Below are positions 46,816 through 60,630 of a stretch of DNA of 64,000 bases, one piece after another. The translations under genes and the position numbers were made by a program. This DNA comes from Octopus vulgaris. Its lineage: Eukaryota. The notes under the pieces are model-generated. The model searched no databases. It was given only the letters and a program-made list of their open reading frames with translations, and was not told where the DNA came from. Numbering within the stretch: the stretch's first letter is position 1; each line of letters begins with the position of its first letter. The stretch covers positions 26,226,001 to 26,290,000 of the forward strand of contig OX597820.1 in the NCBI GenBank assembly GCA_951406725.2, in the 5' to 3' direction.

Positions 46816-49800
46816 GTGCATACACACACACATAGCAGCAGCAGCATTTAACATCCACTTTTCCATGCTTGCATTGGTTGGACAGAGTTTATTATAGTAA
46901 ATTTTCTTTTGACTAAATGCTCTTCCTGTTGCCAACCCCTACCAGTTTCCAAACAAGGTGATATTTCCTCATGGCCGGACAAGTTCTCACAGAATATTGC
47001 AAATGAGTGGCTGCTTGTTTGACAATGATACTCGTTTACAGCTACCAGTCAATGTCGCATACACACATTGTACAGTGGGCTTCTTTCAGTTTCCGTCTAC
47101 CAAATCCACTAGCAGGGTTGTTGTAGACAACACTTCTCAAGGTGCTACACAATGGGACTGAACCCAGAACCATGTAGTCATGAAGCAGACTTTGTGTGTG
47201 TGCATGTGTGAGAGAGAGAGAGAGTGATATTTCATATCACTAGCGATTGTTTGTTTCAAAGTTTCACCATTAAAACTGGCTTCTCAAACTTTGTTGAAAC
47301 TTTGAATAAACAATTACAGTCACTATTCATATGAATTATTAATTCGACTCTACAGACAGTAATTGAATCCTTTATTCATTGCATATTCAATATCAATTAC
47401 ATCAGCCGATTAAACAAACATTCATATATATGGACTGGCTCCTGTGCAGGTAGCATGTAAATAAACACCATTTGAGCGTGGCCGTTGCCAGTACCACCTG
47501 ACTGGCCCTCGTGCCAGTGTCACGTAAAAGCACCCACTACACTCTCAGAGTGGTTGGCGTTAGGAAGGGCATCCAGCTGTAGAAACTCTGCCAGATCAAG
47601 ATTGGAGCCTGGTGCAGCCATCTCGTTCGCCTGTCCTCAGTCAAATCGTCCAACCCATGCTAGCATGGAAAGTGGACGTTAAACGATGATGATGATATAT
47701 ATTATATAATTCGTTTTGACTAGTATTGTTTGGTGACTTCCAGTGAATATGCTATCATGCGGAACTTCAAATCCCAGTTAAAATGAGTTTTATAATTGGG
47801 CTCTACTTTTAGCATTGAGTAAATGTGATATTCTTAAATTTAAAAAAAAAATAACAAAAGTGTGTGATATGGTACTTTGGCAGTGAATGAGGTAGAATGG
47901 CTTTTACAAACAAAATATCTTGAGGTGTTGGTTTTATACCAGTTTACAGATGTGGAGGCATTTAGGGTGTTGGATTCTTGATTGTAAGATTGAGATTTTT
48001 GATTTCTGCACCAGGTGATGCATTGTGTTCCTGAGCAAAACACGTTATTCCAGGCCACTCAATTGGCAAAAATGAGTAACTCTGCAATGGTTTGGTGGCC
48101 CGTCCAAGGGCCGGAAATACATGTACCATGGAAACCTGGGAAATCTGCTCTTTGAGTCTATATGACTTGGAAAGAATCATCAGTTTACAGATACTTCCTA
48201 GTCGCTCCATATTACCAGAAATAGTTAACCAGTGATTAGCATGTTGGAAACTGCTAGCTAAATGCTCTCTTGTCCACCGCTAAGTACAGGAGTTTGGGAT
48301 TGATAAAAGAAGGTCCCGGTCAAGTTTTATGGTCAGTGTAATTGACTAACACTCTCTCCTTGCTCCCCCCTTAAATTACTGACCTTGTGTTGTGCTTATA
48401 TTAGAAACATTATTTGCTTAATGGCCATATAATACTAAGAGAATAATAAAAACACCTAGTGGTGTTACAAGAAGTCAGGCAGCGAGCTGGCAGAAATGTT
48501 AGCACGCTGGGCGAAATACTTAGTGGTATTTCGTCTGCCGTTACGTTCTGAGTTCAAATTCCACCAAGGTCGACTTCGCCCTTCACCCTTTCGGGGTCGA
48601 TAAATTAATTACCAGTTACGCACTGGGGTCGATGTAGTCGACTTAATCCCTTTGTTTAGCCCCTCATGGGCAATAAAGAAATAAGAAGTCATTGTAGCAT
48701 TCAGATCAGATTGCTCCTGGCAAGAATGTACTGTTTGCCTGTGACTGTACACTCTCAGTTGGTGAACTTGATTGAACAATGCCTATATGAAGGTTTTTAT
48801 GATTGCCAAAATTTCCTTTCATTTTATTTTTATACATAGTGACAGTTGCAGGCTAATGCTGAAGTTTGTATAAATTGAACCTGCAATTGTTGGATATATT
48901 TTCAAATTTAGTTTGAACTATTTTCCAGTTTGTCTACATTGTTCAGGACAGTATGGATATAATGGGGCTGAGAAGAGTTTCATGAATCTCAAGCTTAGTA
49001 CCTGTGTGAGAAAAATTATAATTATTTACAAGGACAGTTGTTAGGGTGCTTGGATTTGTTTAGCCACATCCCGTTACATTCTGAGTTCAAATCCCGGTGA
49101 AGCCAACTATGTCCCTCCAACAAAATCTGTGGCCTTTAACCTGATATTATAAATCATTATTTGAAACCTAATGGTTCGCATTGATAAAGCCACATTTCTT
49201 TCTTCTTGATTTCATTTTGTGAGTTGCCAATATGGTCCATAGCAGCATATTTTAACTCTTCCGTTAAGGAAGGAATCATGCCTGCTTAAAACTTTTGATA
49301 CTTTTTGCTTTGGTTCTCAGTTGTAACTATTTTGTTTTGTTTATGTTGGTCATTAAGAAAAGCATGACTATCACAATCTCATTTCCTCTTCTCTGTGAAC
49401 CTGAGGACCTGTAACCTATAAAATGGAATAACATTTTCATACTTTCTCTACATTTCATTTTTATTTATTATTATTATTAAGATGCTGAAAGGCGATGCGC
49501 TGCCAGAATCGTTAGCACGCCGGACGAAATGCTTAGCGGCATTTCACGTTCTGAGTTCAAATTCCGCCAAGATCGACCTCGCCTTTCATCCTTTCGGGGT
49601 CGATTTAATTGACTGCCCCCCCTTTTTTTTTCAGGCCTTGTGCCTATAGTAGAAAGGATTATTATGGTTATTGTTACTGTTAAGTGGCAGAATTGTTAGT
49701 GTGTAAGACAAAATGTTTAGCTGCATTTCATCCAGCTCTTTATGTTCTGAGTTCAAATCCTGTTGGAATCCACTTTGCTCAATCTAATCAACCTGATCCC

Positions 49801-50469
49801 TCCCTCTCCTCACAGTTACTGGCCTCGTGCCAAAATTAGTCTTATTACAAAAGATGACAAGCTGGCAGCATCATTACCATGTCGGTCAAAATGCTTAGCA
49901 GCATTTCTTCTAATTCATCGCGTTCTGAGTTTAAATTCCGCCGGGGTCAACTTTGTCTTTCAGGGTTAATTGAACAAGAACCACTTGAGCACTGGGGTCA
50001 ATGTAATCGACTAACACCCCCCACCAAATTTCAGGCCTTATTTCTTATTTCTTTATTGCCCACAAGGGGCTAAACATAGTGGGGACAAACAGAGGGATTA
50101 ATTCGATTACATCGATCTCAGTGCGTAACTGGTACTTAATTTATCGATCCCGAAAGGATGAAAGGAAAAGTGGACCTCGGCGGAATTTGATCTCAGAATG
50201 TAACAGCAGACGAAATACTGCTAAGCATTTCGCCCGGCATTCTAACGTTTCTGCCAGCTCGCCGCCTTGTCCCTACAAGAAAAAGTTATTAAGGCGGCTC
50301 GGTGGTAGGATCATTAGCATTTTGTTTGTATTTATGTCCCGAGTTCAAATTCTACTGAGGTCAACTTTGCTTTTCATTCTTCGGGGTTGATGCCATCAAA
50401 TTATTCCACTCCCCTAAAATTACGGGCATTGTGCTAAAATTTGAAACCGTTATTATTATTGCTTAATCT

Positions 50470-52880
50470 CATCCCTTCCATCTCACCAGTCTCCTGAATG
50501 GATTCTTACTAACACTTTTAAGCAACTCGTGCTTGAGTTCCAGATTTGCATCAATGATCCAAGTTTTCCACCACAACAGACAGTATGAAAGACCTTCACT
50601 CTTTCCCATCCAGTTTTTGAGATGTTCATGGAAACTAGGCGACACTCTGCTTTGGTACAATTCAGCTGTCTAGACTTGTTTGTTGCCGTAATTTGGACCG
50701 TTTTGACTTCAGGAAACAACAAAGATATCTCTTCTCCTGAACTAGTAGCACTATATCGCCATGGTGACCTTACCATCAAACTGGACAAGAACAACACTGT
50801 CACGGTTTAAGAAGTGAGATTTCCTCAGGGAGAAAGTACACTTCCTGCTCAGCAACCGATTCCACCTTGGGACTTTACTCATTGTAAACAAAATCTTATT
50901 TCCACCATTATACACCAGCTCATCTCTCTACTTCTGACCTCAGGTACAAATCTCAAACACTCCATCCAATTCCCTGCCATTAATTTCCTCCTCAAAATGA
51001 ACAATTCCAATCATCCTACTATCTTCTACCTGAAGTTTTCCACAGTTAACCATAACAACCTTACATCGCTCCTGATTACAAACTTGCTATCCCACAGCCA
51101 TCTTACCAACATTAGCCTCCATCTCTTCAGCTCCTGTTCCTTTGACCCTCCAAAATCATCTTTACCTCTGAGTGTTACCACTCCATACTCTACCTTTTCG
51201 ATTCTGGCTCAAAGTGATGGACCCAGGTCTCATCCGTGACTATTCTCTCCAAAGAAGCTGCCCCTTCATCGTTGTAGCAGTCGAGTAGTCGTTGGTGATC
51301 TCCACACGATTGTGCTTATGCGCTTCAGTTAAGCTCTCTTGGCACCTATCTCGCTTAAACTTTACAAAAGCAAACATAGATATTAAATTCCTCTGCACTG
51401 ACCTCATTCCTCTGGTGAATTTCAATAGACAGGTTACAAGAGACGTGAGTATAAACTTGTAGACTACTTCAAGGTTCAGATTTTCACCCAGTTCGCGGAG
51501 ATCTGACTTCTGAGTTATACGATTGTTGTATCACTGTCCCCTTAACCCTCATGAAGGGCCTGCTCACCTCTTTCATCTTGGTCTTCCGCTCCAAAATTCA
51601 CTTCTACCTTCTCTGACACTTCGATTTCCTAAAATGTTTTTACCAGCACTTTCCATTAATCCCAAACCTACTGGCTCCCACTCATGTTTCGTTTTTTGGT
51701 CTTCCTATTACACAAACATCTAATCTGTTGCCCCTTCTCACAATTTCTTCGGTTCGATTACCTAAGCACGAAAGAACTTCCCACCCCTAGTAACAAATGC
51801 ACTAGTTTTTTTCCTTTCACGAGGACACACTCTCCATCGTGGATGTGACCACCTCCATCAAACAAGCCAGTCATCTGCTGGAACCTTGCACTTCAGTCAC
51901 ACATTCATTTACCCACCTGGCAACTGAATCCCTTTTTCTAAACATAAAAACTTAAGCAACTACGTTTAGATATTCCTTTGTCCCTAGTCACCCCCAACAT
52001 GGAGCTTCTCTTCTTTCCTTCATCCAAAGTTCAATTTGCTCCTTCATTTTCGGCACAACCCGTTCAACATGATACCAAGCTTGCGCCCCTGACAGTATAT
52101 GCAGTAGAGTCTTACCTCTATACAATACATTTATTGTAATCTTAATCTCCAACTTAACATGAAGGTTGTGTTAGAATACAGTATATTTCGAGAATCTCAT
52201 AAAGATTTATTTGCCTTCTGTCAAGGTAAATTACCCAGTATTCTGTGGAGGCGCGTGGCTTAGTGGTTAGGGTGTCAGCATCATGATCGTAAGATTGTGG
52301 TTTTTGACCAAAACACTTCATTTCACGTTGCTCCAGTCCACTCAGCTGGCAAAAATGAGTAACGCTGCGATGGACTGGCGCCCCGTCCAGCTGGGGAACA
52401 AATATGCCATGGAAACCAGGCCCATGAGCCTGGCTAGGCTTTAAAAAGGGCGCATTTATTATTTTTTTATTCTATATTTTAACACCACCTCCACATTAAG
52501 TTGGAGATTAAGACTATCTTTGGGTATTAATACTGCTTCTGTCGCCATTAAATACATCTATTGTATATAAGTGAGACACAGAGCAGTGTAGGTGGTTGCT
52601 TCTGAGGATAAGACGATACCTGAAACTATTCTGGGTATCCTCAAACCTGTAACTCACCACTTCAACAACTTACCTGGTCGTTCCCAGCCTGACTTCTGTC
52701 TGAAAAACTCCAATAATATGAATTAAGGGAGATTCGCTAATTCAATGAGCAACCCCACCTGACCTTTTTTTTTTATTTTGTTACCCTGGAGACTTTGATC
52801 TTCCCGTTATGAAAATCCGCCTCAGCTTCTTCTGTCGGACCTTAATGTCTAAGAGGAAATTTAGTGGCATCGATCTCAAC
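50470..52880 (+). mobile_element. Heavily decayed Penelope-like retroelement (RT + GIY-YIG), interrupted by a MITE and a SINE
   Basis: Remnants DLTIKLDKNNTVTV (cf. IIKPADKG), KPTGSH (cf. KPTDSH), SQFLR, LYISET (cf. YIGET), PVTHHFN (cf. VA.HFN) in the expected order. Confidence 0.6.
52140..52513. mobile_element. MITE with ~40-bp TIRs containing a family C SINE
   Basis: TCTTAATCTCCAACTTAA...TTAAGTTGGAGATTAAGA inverted termini. Confidence 0.7.
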
Positions 52881-54489
52881 AGTTTAGGAAGGCCATGGGT
52901 TCTACCGCCGGACCCTGCAAGAAGAAGAAAAGAAAAGGGAACTTCTGAACAGGATATCTCGCAAGATCGTCACTTTTTAAAACAGAAATAGGGAGGAGGT
53001 TTGAGAAAGAATGAAATCGTTTATGTGACGGACAAAGTGAACGTTTATGGGAGACAGCCTGACTGTTGAGATAGTTGAAGAGGAAATTCTGGCGTTTAGG
53101 TGTGTATGTGGGGGATAAAAGAACTGAAGCTTTGTCGATTCAAGAGAAATCCGTGCGGGACGGAGATAGCTGTGTGTTCTTGGAACTGGAGATCCGAATT
53201 CTTGCGACTTAATCATCATAGCTGTTGAGTTTGGTGGGATGACAGTTTTATTGAGAGTCAGTCGGGCACTGAAGTGGAAATGTGTGAGGGGTTATCGATA
53301 GTAATTGAACTATTGAGAGAAATGATATGTTGGATATTGTAGAGGTAAATTCTAAAGCCAAGCCACGTACGAAATAATAACTTCATCGCAAGACTTACTA
53401 TTACCATTCCCTCTCCTCTATTCAATATTTTATTTGAATATCAGAGTTGCCTCCCTTACCTATGACATTATCATTAATGATTATGATTTTTCTTTGCGGT
53501 AAGGGAATTTTAGTTTGAAAAATTTTTGATTTAATTATATATATATATATATATAAAATAAAATTGCTTACAACAACGACTTCATTAATCCTCACTTAAA
53601 TTTCTTCATGTGAGCTTTAAACTCCCACTCTCTGAATTCCAAGGCGTTGAAATGATTGTCAGTACAAAATTCCTGTATGAACGAGACGTCGGTACGTCGC
53701 AGATTTGATTCCAGTTGCTGCTGAATGAACTGTTACAGCTCAGAGCTTTCTTAATGCAGAGGCCTAGCATCCTAACTCCTACCTCTTAATAAAAAAAAAT
53801 ACTATAGAGCATTGAGTTGTTCGGAGGCCTGTAATGCTACTAAGAAGGCCTCGGTGCAGCAACATGAAATGAAGTTCTGCTTGGTCCAGAAATCGAACCC
53901 ATTACATTACAATTAGCTCAACACCGTTACCGCTAAGTCACTTACCTTAGCTTACAGTCAATATTAAAAATGATTTAGTATTGATAACTTCTTACTCCCC
54001 GCATAAAGTAATAGGTCTAATCAAATGATCAAATCTCTTAATTCTCAAAGTACATGACTGTATTCTAATCGACAAGTTAAGTGTTGAGATATTTGATGCA
54101 ACAAGCATCGAAAACCCAGTTAGTAATATTTATATAGTGGGGATAACCAACCATAACACTGATTAATATTCTTTGTTAGCGTTCATGAAGAGCAGAGTGT
54201 AAATGTGACGGTGGGGAAAGATGTCTATCAATGGATTTGAGTGGAGTGTGTGAAGATGCACGTATGGCGTAGTGATTAAGGTGTTGGACTCACGATAGTA
54301 AGGTTATGGGTTCGATTCCCATACCGTAGGTCATGTTGTATTCTTGAGCAAAGCACTTCATTTTTTACGTTGCTCAAGTCGTCTTAACGTAAAATGAACT
54401 ACAGTAATGGTTGGAGGTTATCTACGCAGCGGGTGGCGTCCCATTCATTGTATTAGAGACTCTTATCTATCCACCCCGATGAAGGAGGC

Positions 54490-54725
54490 TTTGTAGTTTC
54501 TTCAGAAAGAATACTCATAGGCGAGACCTAGGTTCATCATTTTGGGCCAGAATTCTAAAGTCAGAGTATGGAGTGGAAAAAAACCCAGATTCACCAGCGA
54601 AAGGCTAATTCAAAACTCAAACTTTCACAGAAAAAGTGATGCGAATCGTTTTTCGTGACCCCAAAAGACCTATACTGGAGCATTACCTAGAAAATAGCGC
54701 TACAGTCACCAACTTCGTCGTATTA
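54490..54725 (+). mobile_element. mariner transposase fragment
   Basis: Broken peptide RILIG-ET*VHHF.PE..SQSMEWK..DSP...FKTQ...KVM..VF.D.K.PILEHYLE. Confidence 0.7.
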
Positions 54726-57700
54726 TTTGTGTCTACAGAGATTGTCTACTATCCTGTATGATAGTATTCTCATTTCTGTGTCTGCTAGCGAGAAAGACAA
54801 ATTAAAAGGAGTGCATGCAGATAGATTAACAGTTGTGTTCTCGTGCTCATGACAGGACTTACCTAAGATTAAGAAGATAGCCATGCTTATTTGTTGGTAC
54901 CGAATTACCAAAACAGAGCGACTAATATTCGCTGGTGTATTTATAACGTTCGTAATTTAATTAGGTCAACCGAAAGCAATAGGATTATTCACTATATCAG
55001 GCTTGACCCGTGAATGCCTTGAAGAAGGCCTAAGAGGTCGGTTTTTTCTCATTAACTTCTCAGTACAGAAAGGCTAAGACAACAGCTTGAGAACTTCCTT
55101 GACAATGTGGAGAAATGTGGATTCGCTTTTGAATCATAGCTAAGGTATTCTGTAGCTGTTCGCCGCATATTTATTTGTGTGTGTGTGTGTGTAAGGTATT
55201 AGCGATGGAAGTAGTATACTCTTTACTCTCTTTTACTTGTTTCAGTCATTTTGACTGCGGCCATGCTGGAGCACTGCCTTTAGTAGAGCAAATCGATCCC
55301 AGGACTTATTCTTTGTTGTTGCCGAACCGCTAAGTTACGGGGACGTAAACACACCAGCATCGATTGTCAAGCGATGTTGAGTGGGGGGACACAGACATAA
55401 ATACATATATATGACGGGTTTCTTTCAGTTTCTGTCTACCAGATCCACTCACAAGGCTTTGGTCGGCACGACGCAATAATAGAAGACACTTGCCCAAAGT
55501 GCCACGCAGTGGGACTGAACCCGGAACCATGTGGCTGGTAAGCAAACTTCTTACCACACAGCCACTCCTGTACCAAAAATCAATATTTGTATTCAGCTTA
55601 GCGTGGATGTCTTGTTGGAACACCGGAGGCCGCGTTATTAGCCTTTAGAGATCCGTTCATATAGGCACTTGGTGCATAACAACACACACATATATCGTTG
55701 TAGATGAGAATTGTTTGATTTCAGTCTACTAAACACCATCAGTGTGTGTGTGTGTGGGGGGGGCATCTCCGGTCACTACGTTCCAGACCAATCTCGCTGT
55801 TACGATATAAATCAGGCTGAAACACTGCAGTGTCGCAAACTCTTTCCCCTCAATCATTCGAATGTGTTGTGAACATTGACCGACAGGAAAAGTTGTTCTC
55901 TGCAGACAAAATACACCAGCGATAAGCATGTTCACGTTCGAATCGGCCGGAACGTATTAAGAGTAAATATGTACGTCATTGTTTTGATCATCACTGTTCT
56001 CCTTGCATATGATCAATTACCATATACAGTGAGTTCTCTGAAAACCCTTCATCTTTTGATAGTATTTTGTCCAAATCTAAAAATCTTTTAACAAAAATAT
56101 TAATAAATACGCGCCGAAAGTGTAACAAAGAAGAGGTAGACCAGTAATCGCAAAATTTAGAATGGGAAAAATCACGTCTTTTGTAGTTTCAATGGAGTCA
56201 AAACAATAAATGCTTTCTCGTTAGTGTTTTTTTTTTTTCTACGCAAGCTGGAGTGGCTGTGTGGTAAGTAGCTTGCTTACCAACCACATGGTTCCGGGTT
56301 CAGTCCCACTGCGTGGCACCTTGAGCAAGTGTCTTCTACTATAGCCTCGGGCCAACCAAGGCATTGTGAGTGGATTTGGTAGATGGAAGCTGAAAGAAGC
56401 CCGTCGTATATGTTATTGCGTGTATGTTTGTGTGTCTGTGTTTGTCCCCCTAGCATTGCTTGACAACCGATGCTGGTGTGTTTATGTCCCCGTAACTAGC
56501 GGTTCGGCAAAAGAGACCGATAGAATAAGTACTGGGCTTACAAAGAATAAGTCCCGGGGTCGAGTTGCTCGACTAAAGGCGGTGCTCCAGCATAGCCGCA
56601 GTCAAATGACTGAAACAAGTAAAAGAGTAAAAAGAGTAAGCTCGCTCGTTCACAGACGTACTTCAAGACTGTTCTCTTATTTCCAGATTATAATCTTGTT
56701 CTTTTTTTTTTGATAGCACGAGAGTTTTGTGGAATTTCTTGAATCTTGAGATGATCTTCTCTCCTCAAATGCAGCTGGTTTTAATTACCATTTGGTAATT
56801 ATGATACATGTTCTAGATGCGGAGATCATTTTAATAAACCAAGAATTTTTGTTGTATGGATTTTGGCATATTGGTATTTGTCTAGGATTAAATAAAGAAT
56901 CTTATTGAAAAACAACCTCTTTATTCACCAATTTAAGCTAACTTTATGATATCTAGTAAACGCGATAAAATTTATTGAAATGAACTTTTGAAAAATGGCA
57001 TAGATTACAAAAAAAAAAACATGAGCACATATTTAATACGATAGCTTCAAGGGAAATAACTCTTGCAAGTATTCCCCTTTAGAGTGCCTTCCCTTTAATA
57101 AAAAATTGATTTTATTGGAATATAACGTATGTATATTTCGTTTTGGGTTTTGGTTTGCAAGATTCTTTATGTGAGTTCGTGTGTTGAAGCATATTCCGTT
57201 GTGTTTGGGGAGAGTCATTTGCTTTTTGTTCCTTATCATTTAACACACTCACCGGTAAAATTTCCACTTATTTCAAGACTATTGAAAAGGTTGCAAGACG
57301 CAACGGAAATTTTAGGAAAATAAAAATAAGAAATAAGTGGAAATTTTACCGGTGAGTGTGTTAAATTATAAGGCACCAAAAGAAAACGACTCTCCCCAGA
57401 CACGACAGAATGTATGTATATGGTTCATATATATATAGAAAACCACATTAAAAATACAAATCCGAAACCAGGTAAGACAGAAAAAATGGGAAAAGAGAAA
57501 CAAAGAAAGAAAAAAAGAGAACACACATCACTTCAACACCAAGTATCTCAATTGGTCGCACACCACAAGGTTCAACGGACCCACTGAAACAATTTCTTCA
57601 ATTTTTTGCGTTACTGAATACAATAGTAATGAAATATTTAATTACGATTCAAATCCTGCCAAACTCAACCTTACATTTTATCCTACCAAGGATGATAAAA

Positions 57701-58389
57701 TATAGCATCAGTAGAGTATAGGAATTGGTTTAGCAGATTATAGCAGTCGTGGGCAACCTGCAGTCTGCAGAAGTTTCTGAATGGCACGCCCAGAGAAAAA
57801 CTATCTTTGCTTTTTTTAGTAGTGAGGCCCACCTGGTCACGAGTCATCTCCCATGCGGCTCGCTTCTCAAAAAAGGTTACCCGTGCTTGGACTATACACT
57901 TCCCTAAAATGTTGTTACAATACCTGCGAGAAACAGCAGCGAAATCCCTCTCAGATCTTACTCTTCTTTAAATAAAAAAAAAACGGTATGGCATGATGGA
58001 TGTTATACTGGCACTCCGTCGTTTACGACGACGAAGGTTCCAGTTGATCCGATCAACGGAACAGCTTGCTCGTGGAATTAACGTGCAAGTGGCTGAGCAC
58101 TCCACAGATTTGCGTACCTCTTCACATACTTCTCAGGGAGATTCAGCGTGATACAAAGTGTGACATGGCTGGCCCCTTGAAATACAGGTACTACTCATTT
58201 TTACCAACTGAGTGGAATGGAGCAATGTGAAATAAAGTGTCTTACTCGAGTACAAAGCGCGTCACCGGGAATGGATCTCACGACCCTACGATCGCAAGCT
58301 GAATACTCTAATCACTAAGCCACGCGCCTTCACATGGATGATATAGTCGGAGATTACTTACACTTGAACAAACAAGGTCATGGTTGGAA

Positions 58390-60630
58390 TGTCTGTGGTA
58401 GAAGAAAGACCGGGAGGGGAAGAGATAGCGTCACGTCGGCGAGTGAGAAGAAAAGTTTCTCTCTATTTCATGCTATCTGCGACAGAGGCGAGACGTGACG
58501 ATAGAGAGGTCGTGACAACACATGTTAAGAATTGAACAGTCTGTCAGGGGTACCCGATTGCATGTCGAGGTAAGAGTGACTTTATTTACGTGCCTTCGAA
58601 CCACAAGCTATTTCGGCACATTTGTTACAAACTGTGAGGATACGTCTGAAAAGTGGATTTTTAAATATTTTTCTTTCGCTCTTATTCTTCGTTTTCTTTC
58701 TTTCTTTTTTTTCTTTTGTAATGGCCCCAAAAATCAGAATCGGTAGTAACGTGTTGAAACCATTCACTGGGGAAGGCAATGTGGTGGACTGGATAAAAAA
58801 GGTGAAACTCGTGGCGAAGTTGCAGAGAATAGAAGATGTGCCTAGCCTTATGCCGTGGTACTTAGAAGGTAGTGCACTGAATCTCTACTTGGAGATGCAT
58901 GAGGCGGACCAAGAGAAAGCGGGAAAAAATTGAAGAGTGGCTGGAGAACACCTTCACGGAAGGGGATTTCATAGCCTACAGCATGTAGCTATGTCAAAAG
59001 GTGAGCAGAAGGAGTGAACTGGGGTGATAAAGTGGAAGAGAAGACGATGGAGATGATGCGAGAGGTCTTGAAGAGAGTACGAGCAGAAGATCCAGTGAAG
59101 GGTAGTTGGTACGTGCCTGATACAAAGAAAGGGATCGTGTAGTGCGACGCTAGCAGAATAGCATTGGGAGTAATGCTAGAAATAGGTGTCGTGGTGGATG
59201 ATGCAGTGTGGCTTAGGAAGAAGGACGACTACAACCACATCAATGTAACCGAACTGGATGTTGTGTTAAAGGTCATCAACCTAGCATTGAGATGTTGACT
59301 ACGAACCGTCGAGGTCTGGACTGATTTTGCTACAGTGCGTGGGTGGGTGGAATCAGTGATCACCAACCGGAAGAGGATTCGCATGAAAGGGGCCACAGAA
59401 ATGGTGATTAAGCGTCCCCTGGTAATCCTGAGGGAGCTAGCTGTCGAGTTTGACCTGAAGCTGCATGTGATGTTCATGCCCTCAGAAAAGAATATAGCAG
59501 ATGTTCTAACCAGAATGAAAAATCATTGGTTGGAAACAGTAGAGGATATTCCGAGTGGGTTAGCAGCGGTTTGTCGGCTTGAGGGTACAGAAATAAGGAA
59601 GCTGCACAATATGCACCACATGTGGGTCGACAGGACGTTATTTTGGGCTAGGACGGTATACCCCGATGTCAACAGGAAGTGCGTTAGGAGGATAGTGGGG
59701 AATTGCAACAGGTACCAATCGATCGATCCTGCCACGAACCAAGAAAAATTTCAGGTAGAGGAAGACTGGAAGAGGCTAGCCATTAACGTAACGCACTATT
59801 GGAGAAAGGTGTACCGGGACGAATGACTATATGGAGAGAAATCAGGACGGAGACTGTTGCCGAAGTCGCAGAAGTGTTGAATGCGGTGTTCTTGGAAAGG
59901 GGGCCTGTAGACGAGTTATTAATGGATAACTAAAGTTTTTCGCGTAGAGCAGCTGAGAGAGGTACTTGGAAGGTGGAGCACAAGACGCTTCTTCAGAGCT
60001 GCATACAGGCCCGGAGGAAATGTAATTGTGGAATGGCACCACCGTACGATTAAAGCCATGGCTGACAGGGGACGAATCTCCCCTATGGAGGCAGTCTTCT
60101 AGCACAACATGTCGTCCAGGGTAGGGCAAGCCGAAGAGTCAGTCCCGCCGAGGGCCATATTCCGTAACAAATGGAGACACCCGAGTGTGGTGCCACAGCA
60201 GCTAGAGGTAGAAGGGATTACCTCTGTGCAGGTTGGAGACGAAGTGTAGCTGAAACCCCCGAACGCTCGGTGTACAACGCAATGAGTAAAAGGAAAGGTG
60301 GCCGCGATCAGTACTCTGAGTAATGTATCAGTGGATGGAATACCGCGTCATGTTCTGGATATTCGAAGAGTTATTAGCTCTTCCGATGACGAAGGTCTCT
60401 AAGGGAACGACGCCTCCCTTCACACCGCCCCAGGTGGATGGACAATTACGAGACAGAACAGGGGAGCAGTGATCTTTAGGTGGAAGGAAGACCAGAAGGG
60501 GAAGAGACGACGTCATGTCGGCGAGTAAGAAGAAAATTTTCTCTCTTTTTCCTGCTATCTGCGACAGAGGTGAGACGTGGCGTTAGAGAGGTTGTGACAA
60601 CACGTGTTAAGAACTGAACAACATGTGGTT
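58390..60630 (+). mobile_element. Internally deleted, decayed Ty3/Gypsy LTR retrotransposon
   Basis: Direct LTRs 58390-58538 and 60470-60623; polypurine tract before the 3' LTR; gag start ATG 58721 (LKPFTGEGNVVDWIKKVKLVAKLQ..YLEG.AL.LY); RNase H (CDAS.IALG, HIN.TELD, TD); integrase H..HH..C zinc-binding and core remnants; RNase H precedes integrase. Confidence 0.9.

Noticed and set aside
48478-48570. tRNA-like A/B-box sequences here and at other SINE heads
   Set aside because: They run into SINE bodies and do not form complete cloverleaves; not tRNA genes.
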